Source: Bigelowiella natans CCMP2755
Lineage: Eukaryota; Protista; Cercozoa
Direction of reading: 5' to 3'
NCBI GenBank assembly: GCA_000320545.1
Contig: ADNK01000489.1
Location: forward strand, 124,001 to 188,000
Length of the DNA: 64,000 nucleotides
Shown: positions 37,900 through 51,310 of the stretch, piece after piece
Position numbering within the stretch: position 1 is the stretch's first letter
Layout: every line of letters begins with the position of its first letter
Program-made: the position numbers and the translations under genes
Notes under the pieces: generated by a model
Database searches by the model: none
Seen by the model: only the letters and a program-made list of their open reading frames with translations
Told to the model about the DNA's origin: nothing

Positions 37900-40125
37900 G
37901 ACATGCTCCGAGATTCCCCGGCGTGGCAATAATATCATGCGACAATAATTCTTGGATGTCACAGGATCTTTTTGGCATTGAATCTGGTCTCATCGCTATC
38001 GTTACTCATAATGATATTAATCTACCGGTAGGTCTCCCAGTGGTAACAGATAAGTTCCATGCACAACACGACGATCTGCGTGCTCTGACCAGCATGCCAC
38101 TCAAAAGGCAGCGATGATCCCTCGAACCGCTTCTTCGATCACCGACTGAGAACCTGTTTCTTCCTTCCTAGGTTTGTCTACCTTATCACCAAGTCACCGC
38201 GGTTTAAAGTTGCAGAGCTTCAGAAGACCTTCTCGAGGTACTGGTTTCGTATTTTATTGTTTCTGTTTGCCAATGTCCATCTCCCTTTGCAGGTACGGGA
38301 TCAATGTCCTTCCCTGGGAAAAAAATACAGACAACATCCCTCCAGATCAGGTTGGTTAGAAGCTCCGCTAGCATGCTGATATTATCGTGAATTCGACGTT
38401 GAATGGGCATTTCTGCGAAGGTGTCAGATGATGATGAAGAGCTGAAGAGTCTGCTTATGGGTACTACTTAATCGCATATTCAGTTGCAAGGCATATTGTA
38501 ATCATGAACTAATCAAAGGGGAGATGATCGATCGCACGACTTTAGGGATCAAAGACAATGACAAGGTGGTTTTCCGTTGTGATGAAGAAGAATTCTCGAT
38601 TATGTCTCCACCTTCGAATCTGAAGATTAATTGCAGGTATCAATTGTTGCCGTTGTTCGGGAGAGCACCTGCTTGAAAGATCCGAATACTGCGAAAGAAG
38701 TAAAACCCAATATGCATCTCCAAAGGTTTGTTCGTGCTCTTGATAGATCTCCCCCTCTCTCTCTCTCTCTTCTTATTTTACCTAATTATAATTTAACACT
38801 GTTCCACTCACAGCGTAAACCACGTCTCGGACCTGCGTGCAATTCGGATGCTGAAGAAGTCTAAGGTTGTCTTTTCTTTTGATATCCTCCGACACCTCGG
38901 TAACCTACGTGAGCTCATCGGTGATGCTCGCTTGTTCTTCTCGTTTTTGAACGACGAAACTACTGCTGCTAAGATGTTTTTTTAGTTACGAGCTTAACAC
39001 AAAAAATTATTGCTATTGCTTTAGATGACTAACCGCACGATTATCTTTTCATCAGGGTTGCTAACATCTTTTATACCCCGCACCCTGCCTTCTTTCTGTT
39101 TCTCACCACTTACTATTACAGAAGCTCCTTAAATACGACTACTCGTTCACTACGGAGGGGTAAACAAAACAGTACTCACTCATCCACTATGCATACACTG
39201 CACCAAAATGAAAAGTTGTGATGAGAGAAATACTGCTGATTTTATTAAGAGTGTTCATCAAAGTATTCTCGCTGCAGATACATTGACCTAAAGAGACGGG
39301 GGAATCAAAGTAAAGAAGCGAAAGATCAAACTGAAGAGGTTACTGTTGAGATGGAAGTAAACATGGATGATAATGTCCTTCATCGCTCGACAGTTCGCAC
39401 ACAAACATGAATAATTGACTGTAGGAGCAGCTAGCAGCATTATTCTCTCCCTTGTAGGTTTTTGGATGGGACCAAAAGTTTAAATTGAAAGGCACCCACT
39501 ACTCTTACCAGGTAATTAATGAGAACCACAGAAAGCTTCATTCCACGCGCCTCCTCTGAGGCATTTAATAATATCTGATTGTTGGAACGTTTTATCTTTT
39601 AAAAATTTATGAAATTTCTATCTAAAGATTTAAGAAAAAAACTACTATCATCACCCCCCCAGTTTCTCCCTCCCCCTATTCACTTCGTTTTAACACCTTT
39701 CTTTCATTAATCACGCTGCTGCGGATGCAACTTCTCAGGACCTCGTTTCTTCTGGACTTAAGGTGATCTTATATATGCACGCATGCACGCACACACGTAC
39801 GCAAGGACACAAAGCTTGGGCATGAAATCACGGGTGTGCTTGTTGCTTGAAGGTGAGCTCCCGCGACATGAATGTATCGAGGCTGGTCCGAGACATCCTG
39901 TACTACAAGAAAAGAACCGCTCTCAAATTCACAGATATCCGGCAGGTCCCCATCTCAAGCGCGATCAGTCAGCACTTTACTACGACATTATTGTCACACA
40001 CGAAAAGGACTTTGGTCATCCGAAACTTACTGCTGTTGTTTTCCTATGAAATATTAGGATAAATCAATTGACTTCGGAGTCTCGGTGGGTAGCCCCTGAT
40101 ACGCCGCTATTGTCAACGGGATTAC

Positions 40126-40158
<33 letters not shown>

Positions 40159-40707
40159 CATCATAGTGCTTGTAATGACGTACGGTTTTGATCACCATTT
40201 ATCGTCAAAATATAGGATGTCGTTCATTACATCTTTTTCCGCATCCTCACCCATCGTCGCATTGGGTGCTGTTGTCCGAAAACTGTGATGATAATATTGA
40301 CACCTTACAAACTCTTCCTCATTTTTCCGATGAAGGTGAGGCAATTTACGGAAGGGAACAAATATCTCAACAATCCTGTGGCTATTCAATATCGAATTCC
40401 GAACATGTACTGGCTTTTATGTCCGGAGTTTGTTAGTACAAAAGACACCAATACATGCTATACTTCTAGGTACACGGCAATGTGTAATAACGGCGCATTC
40501 TTCCGTTCAGCCATCAACAGGAGGGAGAAAACGTCTGTTACACCATCATTCGTTGTGGTATTGTTACGTTTCATAGTTATGGTCACTAAGCATCTTTTCC
40601 GTGGGTAGGTACTGGCTTCCTGGACTGAATGCAGGTGGATGATGAGTATATTGGAAGAGTGTAGGCGTAAGTGGCGAGTTTGCGACGAATGTGAGAGTGT
40701 GAGGAAG

Positions 40708-40746
<39 letters not shown>

Positions 40747-42641
40747 ATTTGCTTGTGCGAGCGACAACCACTAGCATAGATCTAAAAACAACGAAAGGAC
40801 CAGGCAACAATCACCATCACTTCTACTACTACACTACTATATGGCTTTAGGTGTTCCGTACACCCCGAAGAAGGACGCCATTCATGAAATTACGTACGTA
40901 AACGTTTCTCACTATTGATGGATACCTGCCTGTATATGTTGTTGAAAGACACTGCAGCTATACACGTCCGATTAAGTGTTGCACAACAAAATAGGGGTAG
41001 ATCGATAGTGGTAAATGCTGTTCAATCCACACACATTATTTACTCTACAATCCTGGTTCAATATATCTTTTTCACTAGATTCATGACGCACGATTTCGGT
41101 CATTTCACAGTGCCAGATCTCGTCTTTGAGGTACGCATTTATCGTCTTCGTTCTCCTGATTCAATATCTATGTGCTGGGAGACTACTGACTTCCGTCATC
41201 GTTGTCGTGATCGTTCCCTTACATCTACAAGGGCAAGGTGTCTACGCTGCACAAAAATGTGTACATCACGTGGCGAATGATGAGTGAGGCCGTCACCATG
41301 ATAATGGCGGACATGATCTTCGTTCACAGTCTGACGTATTATTATCAATCTTCCCATATTTTCAATGATAAAAACCTTGATAAGTACAATGACAACGAAT
41401 TAATGAACGATCACGGTTCTTCTTCGTTCTCTGCTTCAAACTCTTTCCTACTCCTCCCCGGTATTTTCCCTTTCCCCCCCCCCCCTCCCATCTCACTCAT
41501 CGTAATACTTCTCTCAATATCTCATGCCGCATACCTTCTAAATTCCTCGCTGAAGAAGTAATAATTGTCCCCTATCATAGGATTTCGGAACCCGAGTACG
41601 ATTACGAAAAGAGAAAGATATTTCCTCTTCTAACAGACACCGGCATAGATTTGGTGGGTAGGAGGGAGGGGGGAAGAGACGAAGGGGCGAGGAGGAACGA
41701 AATCTTGAAACAAATGACGATATTCGCTCTCATCACTTCTGCGCCTCTCTGTGATGTGTGATGATCCACGCAGAGCGATTCGAGCATGTTTGTTCAAAAC
41801 GTGGAACGACTCTTGGAGGTAATAAGGAAAGGCTATATTAGCGTACGTTAGTAACAACAAAAGAATCGTCATAAACAACAATATAACTTCGGATCATCAT
41901 CACGATAAGTGCTCGCAAGTACTTCTACTATATTAGCTGTAGTTTTGTAGAATGCATGTCATTGAAGAAATTAAAAAATAGCGTGGTCATCATCATCATC
42001 GTCGTCGTCGTCGTTGTCTTCGTCATCATCTCCAATCGCCAACCAGGCCAATGTGGAATACTGCCTCCTCGGAAGAGACGAGAAATACAGGGTACGATCA
42101 TCATCATCATCGTCATCATCATCATCATCATCATCGTCATCGTCATCGTCATCGCCATACCAAGTAACGATGATACTACAGCATTTATTAACCCATGCAC
42201 AACAAAAGCACACACTTATCCGAAACGCAGCGCCACAATTCACAAATGAAGGTATAACTGTACTATCCTCCGCTTAACACTTACTTATAGGCAATGTTGG
42301 CGGCAAACGGCGTAACGAGTCTCGAAAACCTCGAGCAGTACATCACGCTTTCCCCTCCCCCCAACCCGCCCCACACTCACTTCACAATTCGAGACTAGAA
42401 TCCATGAGTATACCCGCTATGCTACGACACAGCAACGGCAACAACAAACGACTAGCTACTACTAATATTCTACGCTCTTTTTCTCCATCCGCAATTTCCA
42501 TGACACCGATGATCATTACTCTTCTTACATCTAAGGTTTAAAGCGAAGTATATGCCCTTTTTTGTTGAAGACTTTCGGTATTCGTTCATTATCCCTCCTT
42601 ATACCCCTCCTCCGTCCTCCGCCCTCCCCCCTCGGGCATTC

Positions 42642-42695
<54 letters not shown>

Positions 42696-43752
42696 TTGTT
42701 CCCTGTCGCTTCTTCAACGTTGTGCTCATGTAAAACATCGCTGCTACGACGCCACTGGTAATGCTACTACCTCAATGTTGCTAGGTGGACCGTTAAGAAT
42801 CACTCCGGAATGAGTGAGAGATCTGCCGACTACCAGAAATGGTGGCAGATGGTACTACTGCTACACATACACCATAGATATGCTCTCTCGTTATTATCAA
42901 GATGATTTCTTCTGATCCCCGTCATTCTAGACTCCTCCTCCTCCTCCTCCTCCTCCTCTCTTTGCCTCCGTACTAACGGGATGAGTGCTTCATCCCACCG
43001 ACCTGCTGACCTGCAGCTGCTGCAACCCTTGCTGTTGAATAGTCCCCCTCCGAACACCGTTGTTTGCCTCCTCCTTGCTCTCTTTCCAACAAAGGTGAAG
43101 CCGATTCGGGATGCTCACGGGCTCTGCCTCAAGACCGTCTCGGAGGCAATAGAAAACGGGTGGTTGCGATGATGGCACTCTCGTGATGACAATTCTACGA
43201 TTTGCTCTACGCTGTGTACGTATGCGAGTTTGAATGTATGTGCGGAGGCACACGCTCGCGCACTATTTTGACGCTATACACCCCAATTAATGCTTGTCGA
43301 AGGTGCATCGGTAATAGTCGCGAGGAGCTCGTATGGAACGTCTTTGAGAATGTAATTCCCCTCGAAGATGCTGTGTTGCAACTATCAGCAAATCTTTTAC
43401 CGTCGTTGATAGGCGTAAGACAAATACATATCACTGATTCTTTCATACTATTCTGCTGGTATATTGTGTTCTCCTCCTCTTCGGCATCCCTCGTTCGTGA
43501 TCATCACAATCACCCGTCATCGTCGCTATTGACTTGATCAGGTTCTGGACCAGTGCATTCGACCTGGATGGCTGCAGGAGGAGAAGGTATACAACCGTCA
43601 TTACGATATTGAGAAGAAGCAGAATCAAAATAGGAAGCTAGTGATGATACTGAGGAGGAGGAGGAGGTGGAAATGAAGGAATGATAAACAATAGCTTACA
43701 CTCATCGTCGCATGTATATGCATCAACTTACATCAGGGCACTTCAATAATGT

Positions 43753-43788
<36 letters not shown>

Positions 43789-44420
43789 TTAATATGTTAG
43801 ATTGCGATGCTCCCGGAGGAACAGCAGCTATCTCGTGCTTTTGCAAGATGGTTGATCGGCCAGGTTCTAGTGAAGCAATTTAACACTGCTATCCGTCATG
43901 ATCCTGTGGCTCATTTCTTCCGATTTCAGTTGTTGCTTGAATCTCTCCTATTCTGACCGAATAACGAGCATGTGCGCAGTTTCCACATACTTTATATTAC
44001 ATGTATGGTTTATCAATCAAGAGCAAGCGAACGTTAAGGACTACGCAATTCTTCTTTGCTGTGTTGTTCAAACTGTATGCTTTCACAAATTACGATGTTG
44101 TCCTTATCTTTACTGTGCTACGCGTTATATTATCATCACTGTTTCTATCATCTCCTGTCATTTAATTAATTGATTTCAATTGTTTTAATATATTCATGAA
44201 AGGCTGCTATATTTTCCAAGTTTGACTTTCTTCCAGAGTCAAAAGTATAGAAGAAGGCGCGCGCGCACACGCACGCACACACATAAACAAACGCACGCAC
44301 TAAATATCCATCCTGCTCACTTGTCATTATTTCCCCACTTTCATGATGACCAGTATTATCAGCACGTCATTACAATTTCATCACCAGTATTATCACTACC
44401 TCATTACGATCTCCCCCCTC

Positions 44421-44466
<46 letters not shown>

Positions 44467-44922
44467 CCCATTCTGACTTTATTGCTTTCACCCTCTCAAA
44501 ATAATGATACTATTACAGATGTACTAAAAATGATAATACCACTACAGATGTACTTCAACGCGCTGAAGGAGGCATCAATTGACTCCAAGGAGGGCATGAC
44601 ATTAGATGAGATTGACTCGGTCATTTGAACATTTATAAATCAATCATCTAATTAAAAGTTGTTAAGAGGAATAATGAAATAGGGGGGTGAAAGGGAGGAG
44701 GAGGAGGAGGAGGAGGAGGAGGAGGAGGAAAGCTGGAAGAAAACATACAAAAAAGTCAAAGCTGCGAATTGGAATTCCACTCTTCGCTGCTGCTACTCCT
44801 GTACTACTGTTTACTGATGGAATGATGTTGCTAATCTCTTTTAGCTGAGAAGCTTCTTTGATCAATACTTGAGTATCCTCCGCGCTAAGAACCTCATCTC
44901 CATTGTAAAGAAGACACTATAA

Positions 44923-44962
<40 letters not shown>

Positions 44963-45720
44963 TCTTCCTGCGTCGAACTGAATAGAACCTTATGTATCAT
45001 CACACTATTTGTTATGTTTGTTGGGCTGGTACACGCTCTTTTTGGAACTAGTAGTGTTTCCATGTCCGCTGCTCCATTGACACATTTTACCCCCCCCCCC
45101 CCCCTCGATAAGATGTGAATACTTTAAAACTTCGATATTGCTGTAGGATGACGAGAACACGTACAGCACATTCTACCCGCTATTCGAGCCTTTCTACGTG
45201 TATGAAATTGCCCGTTATTCCCTCCTCCATTGCCTCCTTTCTGTTCGCCATCAAATACAAGACAATCAACTTGCTGTTGTATACGAGCATTGTTGCTATT
45301 TCTCCCTTTTTGGTTACTTGCTCTCATTGTTGTTGAGGACAGTCAGCGTCGTATGCTTTTATTTCTCCTTCATCTTCTTTTTCTCCTTCTTTTTATTCTT
45401 TCCTCTCCTTTTTCTTCTTCTAATCTTTCAGATTCTACGATCATGATCTTGAGACTTACACCAACCTGGAAGAGCTTTCGACTCAAATTTATAATCGGTA
45501 GTATAAGAGACAGAGGAGGTGGTAGTAGTGGTGTAGTGGTAGTAGTAGTAGTAGAATAGTAATAATAATAGCAGCAGCAGTAGTAGCAGCGACAGCTGGT
45601 GAGTGTTGAACGCACATAAGGAAGAAGCACGAGAACAACATCTCACATAATATCCCATCTACTAAAGCGAGATCTCCAAGGCCATTATTGAGGAAAATAT
45701 AAAGCCTAATCAGGTATGGT
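37900..45720 (+). CDS. Large multi-exon protein: degenerate HAM1/ITPase-like domain fused to an unknown domain with [13 protein letters not shown] and RMMSEA motifs
   Basis: More than 25 short GT-AG exons read continuously: FVYLITKSPRFKVAELQKTFSRYGINV, VAVVRESTCL, VFGWDQKF...[133 protein letters not shown]. Start and stop are approximate. Confidence 0.75.
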
Positions 45721-45989
45721 GACATCAAACGTCAAATCAAATTGAAACCATCGGCTGCAGTGAGACGCTATGTCTGAACAATGTAGCAATGATGACCCAT
45801 CTACACATGCATCCCGCCGCCACCTCCATCTCCTCTTGTTAGTGTTCTCATTGTTTGTTGTTCAGCACACCGAAGTTCTTCAACCTCGGTCCTGCTACGC
45901 AGCTGCTACCTTGGGAGAACTGGTTGTCGAGGATGCTGAAGATTGAACACTTTCGTATGGCGACAACCAGCGTCCAGCAATGAGAGGGG

Positions 45990-46520
45990 TCCAGCATTTG
46001 CATTGTGGATAGATGCTGAATTATTTGCATTCATGTGAGCACTTGCATGCATCTACCGTCGCAACATGAAAATTCACAAATGAATCTAGGAATAATGACA
46101 AACGAATTGTTCATGAATCTGTGATCACATGCAGCATCATGATGTAACAAGGTGATCGATGCTGCGTGACGTCACTTCTCAGGCTCGCGAGCAGAGATGT
46201 CCAACAAAAGCGCAACCATTCGATTCGAACGCTGTATGTGATGACTGACGCATGGTCAACAGAAGGCAGGAGACATCGCACACAGAGCACATGTTGCATG
46301 AGAGTAGCATGCTAGCATGCACACATGGCTTGTGTTAAAAACATGTGCGTGGTGTGTGTCCACATTCACAAAGCTGCACAAGAGACAGCACGGTTGTTTT
46401 TAAAAAAACAATCATTGCAATGCCACGTTGCTATGTAGTTCCTCGCTAATTACAGCTACATTAGTACATTAGGATGGCCATTGAACAATTTTAATTTGAT
46501 TGATTACATCCGTCTTACAG
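45990..46520. repeat. CpG-decayed intergenic island 5 containing a dispersed repeat core
   Basis: CATG/TGCA-rich. 46440-46522 aligns in reverse complement with 54801-54875 and shares a 20-mer with 10098-10117. Confidence 0.65.
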
Positions 46521-46592
46521 CTTCGGTTTGTCAAATTTGAGAATCTAATCGATCACGATGTGAAATGAAGAGGGATGCTATTATCACGTTTC

Positions 46593-46845
46593 TTATTTCT
46601 TTCCGATGATATCGAGGTGATGCAGTACCTGACACACAGAGACCAAAGTGAAAACTTATTTAATCAAGACATCCTTCAAAACAATGCCCGTAGTTGCGCG
46701 CAACAACATTTATACTCTGTATGTGATGACGTTCTCGAGGTGTTGCGGTCTGTGACCCCTCGTCGTTATTATCGTCGTCGTCGTCGTACCGTTGCATCAG
46801 CGCCATGGTTGTCCTCAACGAAGATGGTCATGGAACTAACACAAC

Positions 46846-46882
<37 letters not shown>

Positions 46883-47389
46883 AATAATGAACAAATGAGG
46901 TTATTGCTGGAAAGGTGATGATCAAGCTTGAGCTCGCGAAAGACCAATACAAGTGGGAAAGATGAAAGAATATCAGCACGTTTTTCTTGAATACATCTTG
47001 TATCATAATAGATGCTGCTGCTAGTTACATTTACTACTAACTAACAGGTAGGACTACCACTACCACTACTACTACTACTACTAAAACTACAACTACTACG
47101 ATCATTGTCCTCTCACTTGCACTTTGCCGCAGGAAGCTTGAAAGTGGCAGTTTCTCCTTCCATGGTAAACTACCCCGCAGCACACCATCATGATAGTAAT
47201 ACAGCAGCGATAGGTCAATAAAGGGTGGGGGGAGGACACACAACGCACCCATCACGCCGTCGATCGCACTGGCATGTAGTAGTAGTGGTAAAGAGCAGGC
47301 AGAGTGAAGTCGGAGCAATATCAACTACAACTACTACTACTACTACTACTACTGCAACTGCTACTGCTACTTATTGCTATTACTACTAC

Positions 47390-47420
<31 letters not shown>

Positions 47421-47603
47421 GCTCTACCACTACTGCTACTACTACTACTACCTCAACAGTGGGATCCGCATCTTCAGCGTCCTGGAACTCCAGATTCGGC
47501 ATATTAATGAATACTTTCACAGTCTTCGGTGCGCTCTCTATGAGAGGAGGAGAAGGGGGGGGGGGGGGGGGGTGGAGAGGAAATCAGCTAAGAATGAGTG
47601 TTT

Positions 47604-47647
<44 letters not shown>

Positions 47648-48342
47648 TTGTGTGTGTTGTGTGTGTCCGCATAGGTTTTTTGTCCGATGGATGTAAGTTA
47701 ATGCGACGTGTTTCGTCTTTTCGTCGTGAGTAGTAGTAGTAGTAGTAGTAGTAGCTACCATGTGCTACTGCCATCGTTCGTTTTGTTGTTGGTGTTCTTT
47801 CATCTAGCTACTGTATCTCACCTTGGATCTTAGCGTGGAGGACGACGGCTCGAGGCTTCACAGTTTGCTTAAACGGGAGAACTATCAGTAGCTGCTCGTC
47901 GGCATCACTCTCCAGGAACGAAGAAGAAGGTGCTAGGAGGGGAAGGAGAAGAAGAAGAAGAGGGAGAAGAGGAAGAGAACCAACCATGCCAAAAAGGAAT
48001 AGTAACGGCCTTTTTCATCAAATGTGTCCAACAACAATCGTCACATGTAACTAACGAGTGCATCATATATCTTTGCATCTTCGTGTACATGAGCTGCTAA
48101 CTCCTTTCCTAGCCAATCCTGCCTACTACTACCACCCATCCACGATTATGCATCTTAATGTACTACTACTACTACTACTACAACTACTGCTACTGCTACT
48201 GCTATTGGTACTTTGTGTTGGTTTGTTGCCGAGAATAGAGCTTAGAGGATGAGAGGCGGACTCGTTCATACACCCTGCGCGACTACAATCGACAAGATCA
48301 AGGATGCTTCCCTGACAACAACAACAACAACAACAACACACG

Positions 48343-48394
<52 letters not shown>

Positions 48395-48723
48395 TGACGA
48401 CGCCGACGATGGTGATAAATGGTGGGAGGTGAGGAGGCGTTGGTGAGAGTTATTATTGAAATGTAGTAGTAGCTATTAAAACTATTCAGCAATAGAAGCA
48501 GATATTGCAAATGTTGCGTGCGAAGAGAGCAATAGGGACATCGCATTCGCGACCTCCGTGATCACGCTATATTTCCCATCATCGACTCCTGTGCTAGCAG
48601 CAGCATTAGCGCTATTCTTCTTGTTGTCCTTTGCTCCTCCTCCCCCCTTTCCGATAACACTCCTGGGTTGAAAAACGACATCTAACCGTGCGAAGGCATT
48701 GAACTACGATTTCTACAAAAACA

Positions 48724-48761
<38 letters not shown>

Positions 48762-49060
48762 TAAGATGACTTCCCTAGCGATAAATTCGTCTTCTGGTCT
48801 TTTCAGGGAATTAAACGTCCCAGTGATCGTAAATAATGAAGATCGCACACTAATCCCCTCCCCCCCCCCCCCCAAGACATACAAGCACGCCACATGATAT
48901 TGATACATCATTCTGTATTTGACATCATCATCATCATCATAAAATGAGACGACCTGATGGCGTTTCCTACCCTCGCCGCTCGATTCAGCCATGCAGGAAC
49001 TTTCACGGTACATCCCATACTCTGATTGTTTGATTGGTTGATTGTTTAATTGGTTGTCTA

Positions 49061-49093
<33 letters not shown>

Positions 49094-50132
49094 GATGAAC
49101 GGATTCATGAACTCCCTCCCTCCAAAACAACGACCTTCGCAAATGCATCGGAGAAGTGGTTGCAGTTCCTTGCGGTTAGATCATAGGTGTTATTCTTCCA
49201 GTCAGACTGAGATGTGGTAAAGAAGAGAAGAGGGGATGTAGAAAATATAAATGTATCAAATGGACAGTCTGATCCCACCCCCCCTGTATTTACACTATTA
49301 CTTTTTTGGTGACTCTATTAATGAATCACACCTTCATTTCTCGTAGAACGGCTTGCACTTCGTTCCTATCCAACGAAATGATCATAGTGCATTTATAAAT
49401 AATATATATCATCATTATTACGACGGCAATGATGACGCAATGTGCTAGTATAGTTCAATCCATGATCGCTCTTGATTCATTCGCAAACTATTACTTTGTC
49501 AGGGACGTGGTGCCCAAGCTGAGAGTCTCTTTGTACCTTGGAATTATTACAAGATGACCATAAATCAACATGGCATAACAACCCACTGTGTTAGGCGCTG
49601 TATAGCTCAGCTGACTTCCATGGCGCAGAGTCTGGCATCCATTTAGGCCTCTGGGAAAATACTCCTGTCGAGAGTCCTCCCCCCCCCCCCCCGAACACAT
49701 ACTCGGTGCCGAACACTTCGACGCCACTGACCATCATAATAATGGGGGGTATTATCATAGGTGGCGGTGATAGTTAGCGCAATCAGTTGGATCATCGCTT
49801 TCTTCCCGGAGAGATTAAGACGGAGTGTTCGGTCAGGAAAATGGTGATATGTGCTGCTGCATGCATAGCATACCTGTGGAAGATCTGGAATGCTGGTAGG
49901 CCACGGTTCGCTGAGTCTGAAGTAATAATACAACTTTTGAGCTGGGAAGATTCGATGCTTGCTCGCTTCCTTTCGAAAGAAGTTCTAACTATCATTTGCC
50001 CCTACGAGTTATTTTTCCGAGAATATAACCTCCACCTTTTGGCTCGTAGATATTGAGAGACACGGGGATGGGTGTCGTTCCACTGGTCTTCCGATCGGGC
50101 TCAGCCCCCTTTTTGGAGCCGCTGGACCCCAT
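46593..50132 (-). CDS. N-myristoylated PPPDE/DeSI isopeptidase fused to a C-terminal PITH domain (multi-exon)
   Basis: MGSSGS start; VSLNIYE, IFH|SGVEVFGTEYVFGG, YKETLSLG, YDLTARNCNHFSD and VPAWLNRAA (PPPDE His/Cys dyad). Then SILDLVDCSRAGCMNES, ESDADEQLLIVLPFKQTVK, APKTVKVFINMPNLEF, SMTIFVEDNHGADAT-VLHHLDIIGKK-stop (PITH). Confidence 0.88.
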
Positions 50133-50561
50133 TTGAGGAAATAATCGCTTGGTTTCTTTCTTTGTGAGACAGTTCCACCACCAACCACCACCCACCACAC
50201 AGCACGGGTCGTCGGTTCTTGTTGGTATTTTCCTTGAATGGGCAGCCTCTGCTGCTGTGCTTGCAAGAGAGGATTTTCGTTTGGTTCTTGGCTATTTTTA
50301 TTGGACGCACGTCTAAAATACCATGCTTTATCGAGACATAGGGTTTTGCGTCAGTCAAGGGAAGAAGGTGGTTTCGCACTGACGACAAGTAGGGACCCGA
50401 TGGACAATAAATATTGTGGCATTTTACCAACGCGACAACATATTGAAGGCAAAATATGTGAAAATCGGGACCGATGCAGAGGCTTTGCGGATAGGACACC
50501 CATCTCCGAGCAAGAACATTCCTCTCCAACCCCTCACGTGGGTCGTTGTCTCCAGAGTCTC

Positions 50562-51278
50562 ATGAATGAAAAAGGCTCGAAGCAGTTCGAACTAAAAAAG
50601 CCAGAGGGCGGGAGGCTATGGTCCAGGAAGGAGGTGGGGCAAAGATAAATACCATTTCCTCGCTCATCATCATCTAATAGGAGAGAGCAGCTGTAAGTGT
50701 GATGCGATGAGCTGTATTGGTTTTCATACTTCGCTTTAGGTGGAGACCTCAAGAGAAAGTCTCAACATGTTGTACCAGCTTTCAAAGTCGCCGGAAGGCA
50801 GGAAAAAGCTCCAAAATCAAGGTCTCGCAGCGGCATGATGAGTACTGATAGAATCTGTCTGTACTTATCGTGTAATAACCACCCTCCTCATTCAAGGGGC
50901 TGGAGCAATGCTAGTGCCGATTGCAACGCTGTGTTGTCATGCGACAATAAAAACGCACTTTAACCGAACGATAGCACGAGGAGAAGGTATTTAACATACA
51001 CTCGCACCGCAACACCACTGTAGTAGTAGTAGTAGTAGTAGTAGCAAGTAGTAGAAACAAACACTCCCATCTTTACATCAGAGAACAGTCCCGAGCTGCT
51101 GCAGTCGAACGATGATTCCGATCCCTTGGCCGAAGATGACAGCGTAGCAGGATATTTGGATTGGTTGAAGGTTGGCCTTCTAGTTCTAAGGGTAGTGCGT
51201 AATCTTTGTGTCGGATCTTCGATGACGCAAACAGATCTTGTGGAACGGGGGGTTGTGGACCCCATTGCTTCGGTACCA

Positions 51279-51310
<32 letters not shown>

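Noticed and set aside
46575-50056. Apparent plus-strand exons and ORFs at 46.6-50.0 kb
   Set aside because: They are the antisense of the PPPDE-PITH gene, whose motifs are unambiguous on the minus strand.
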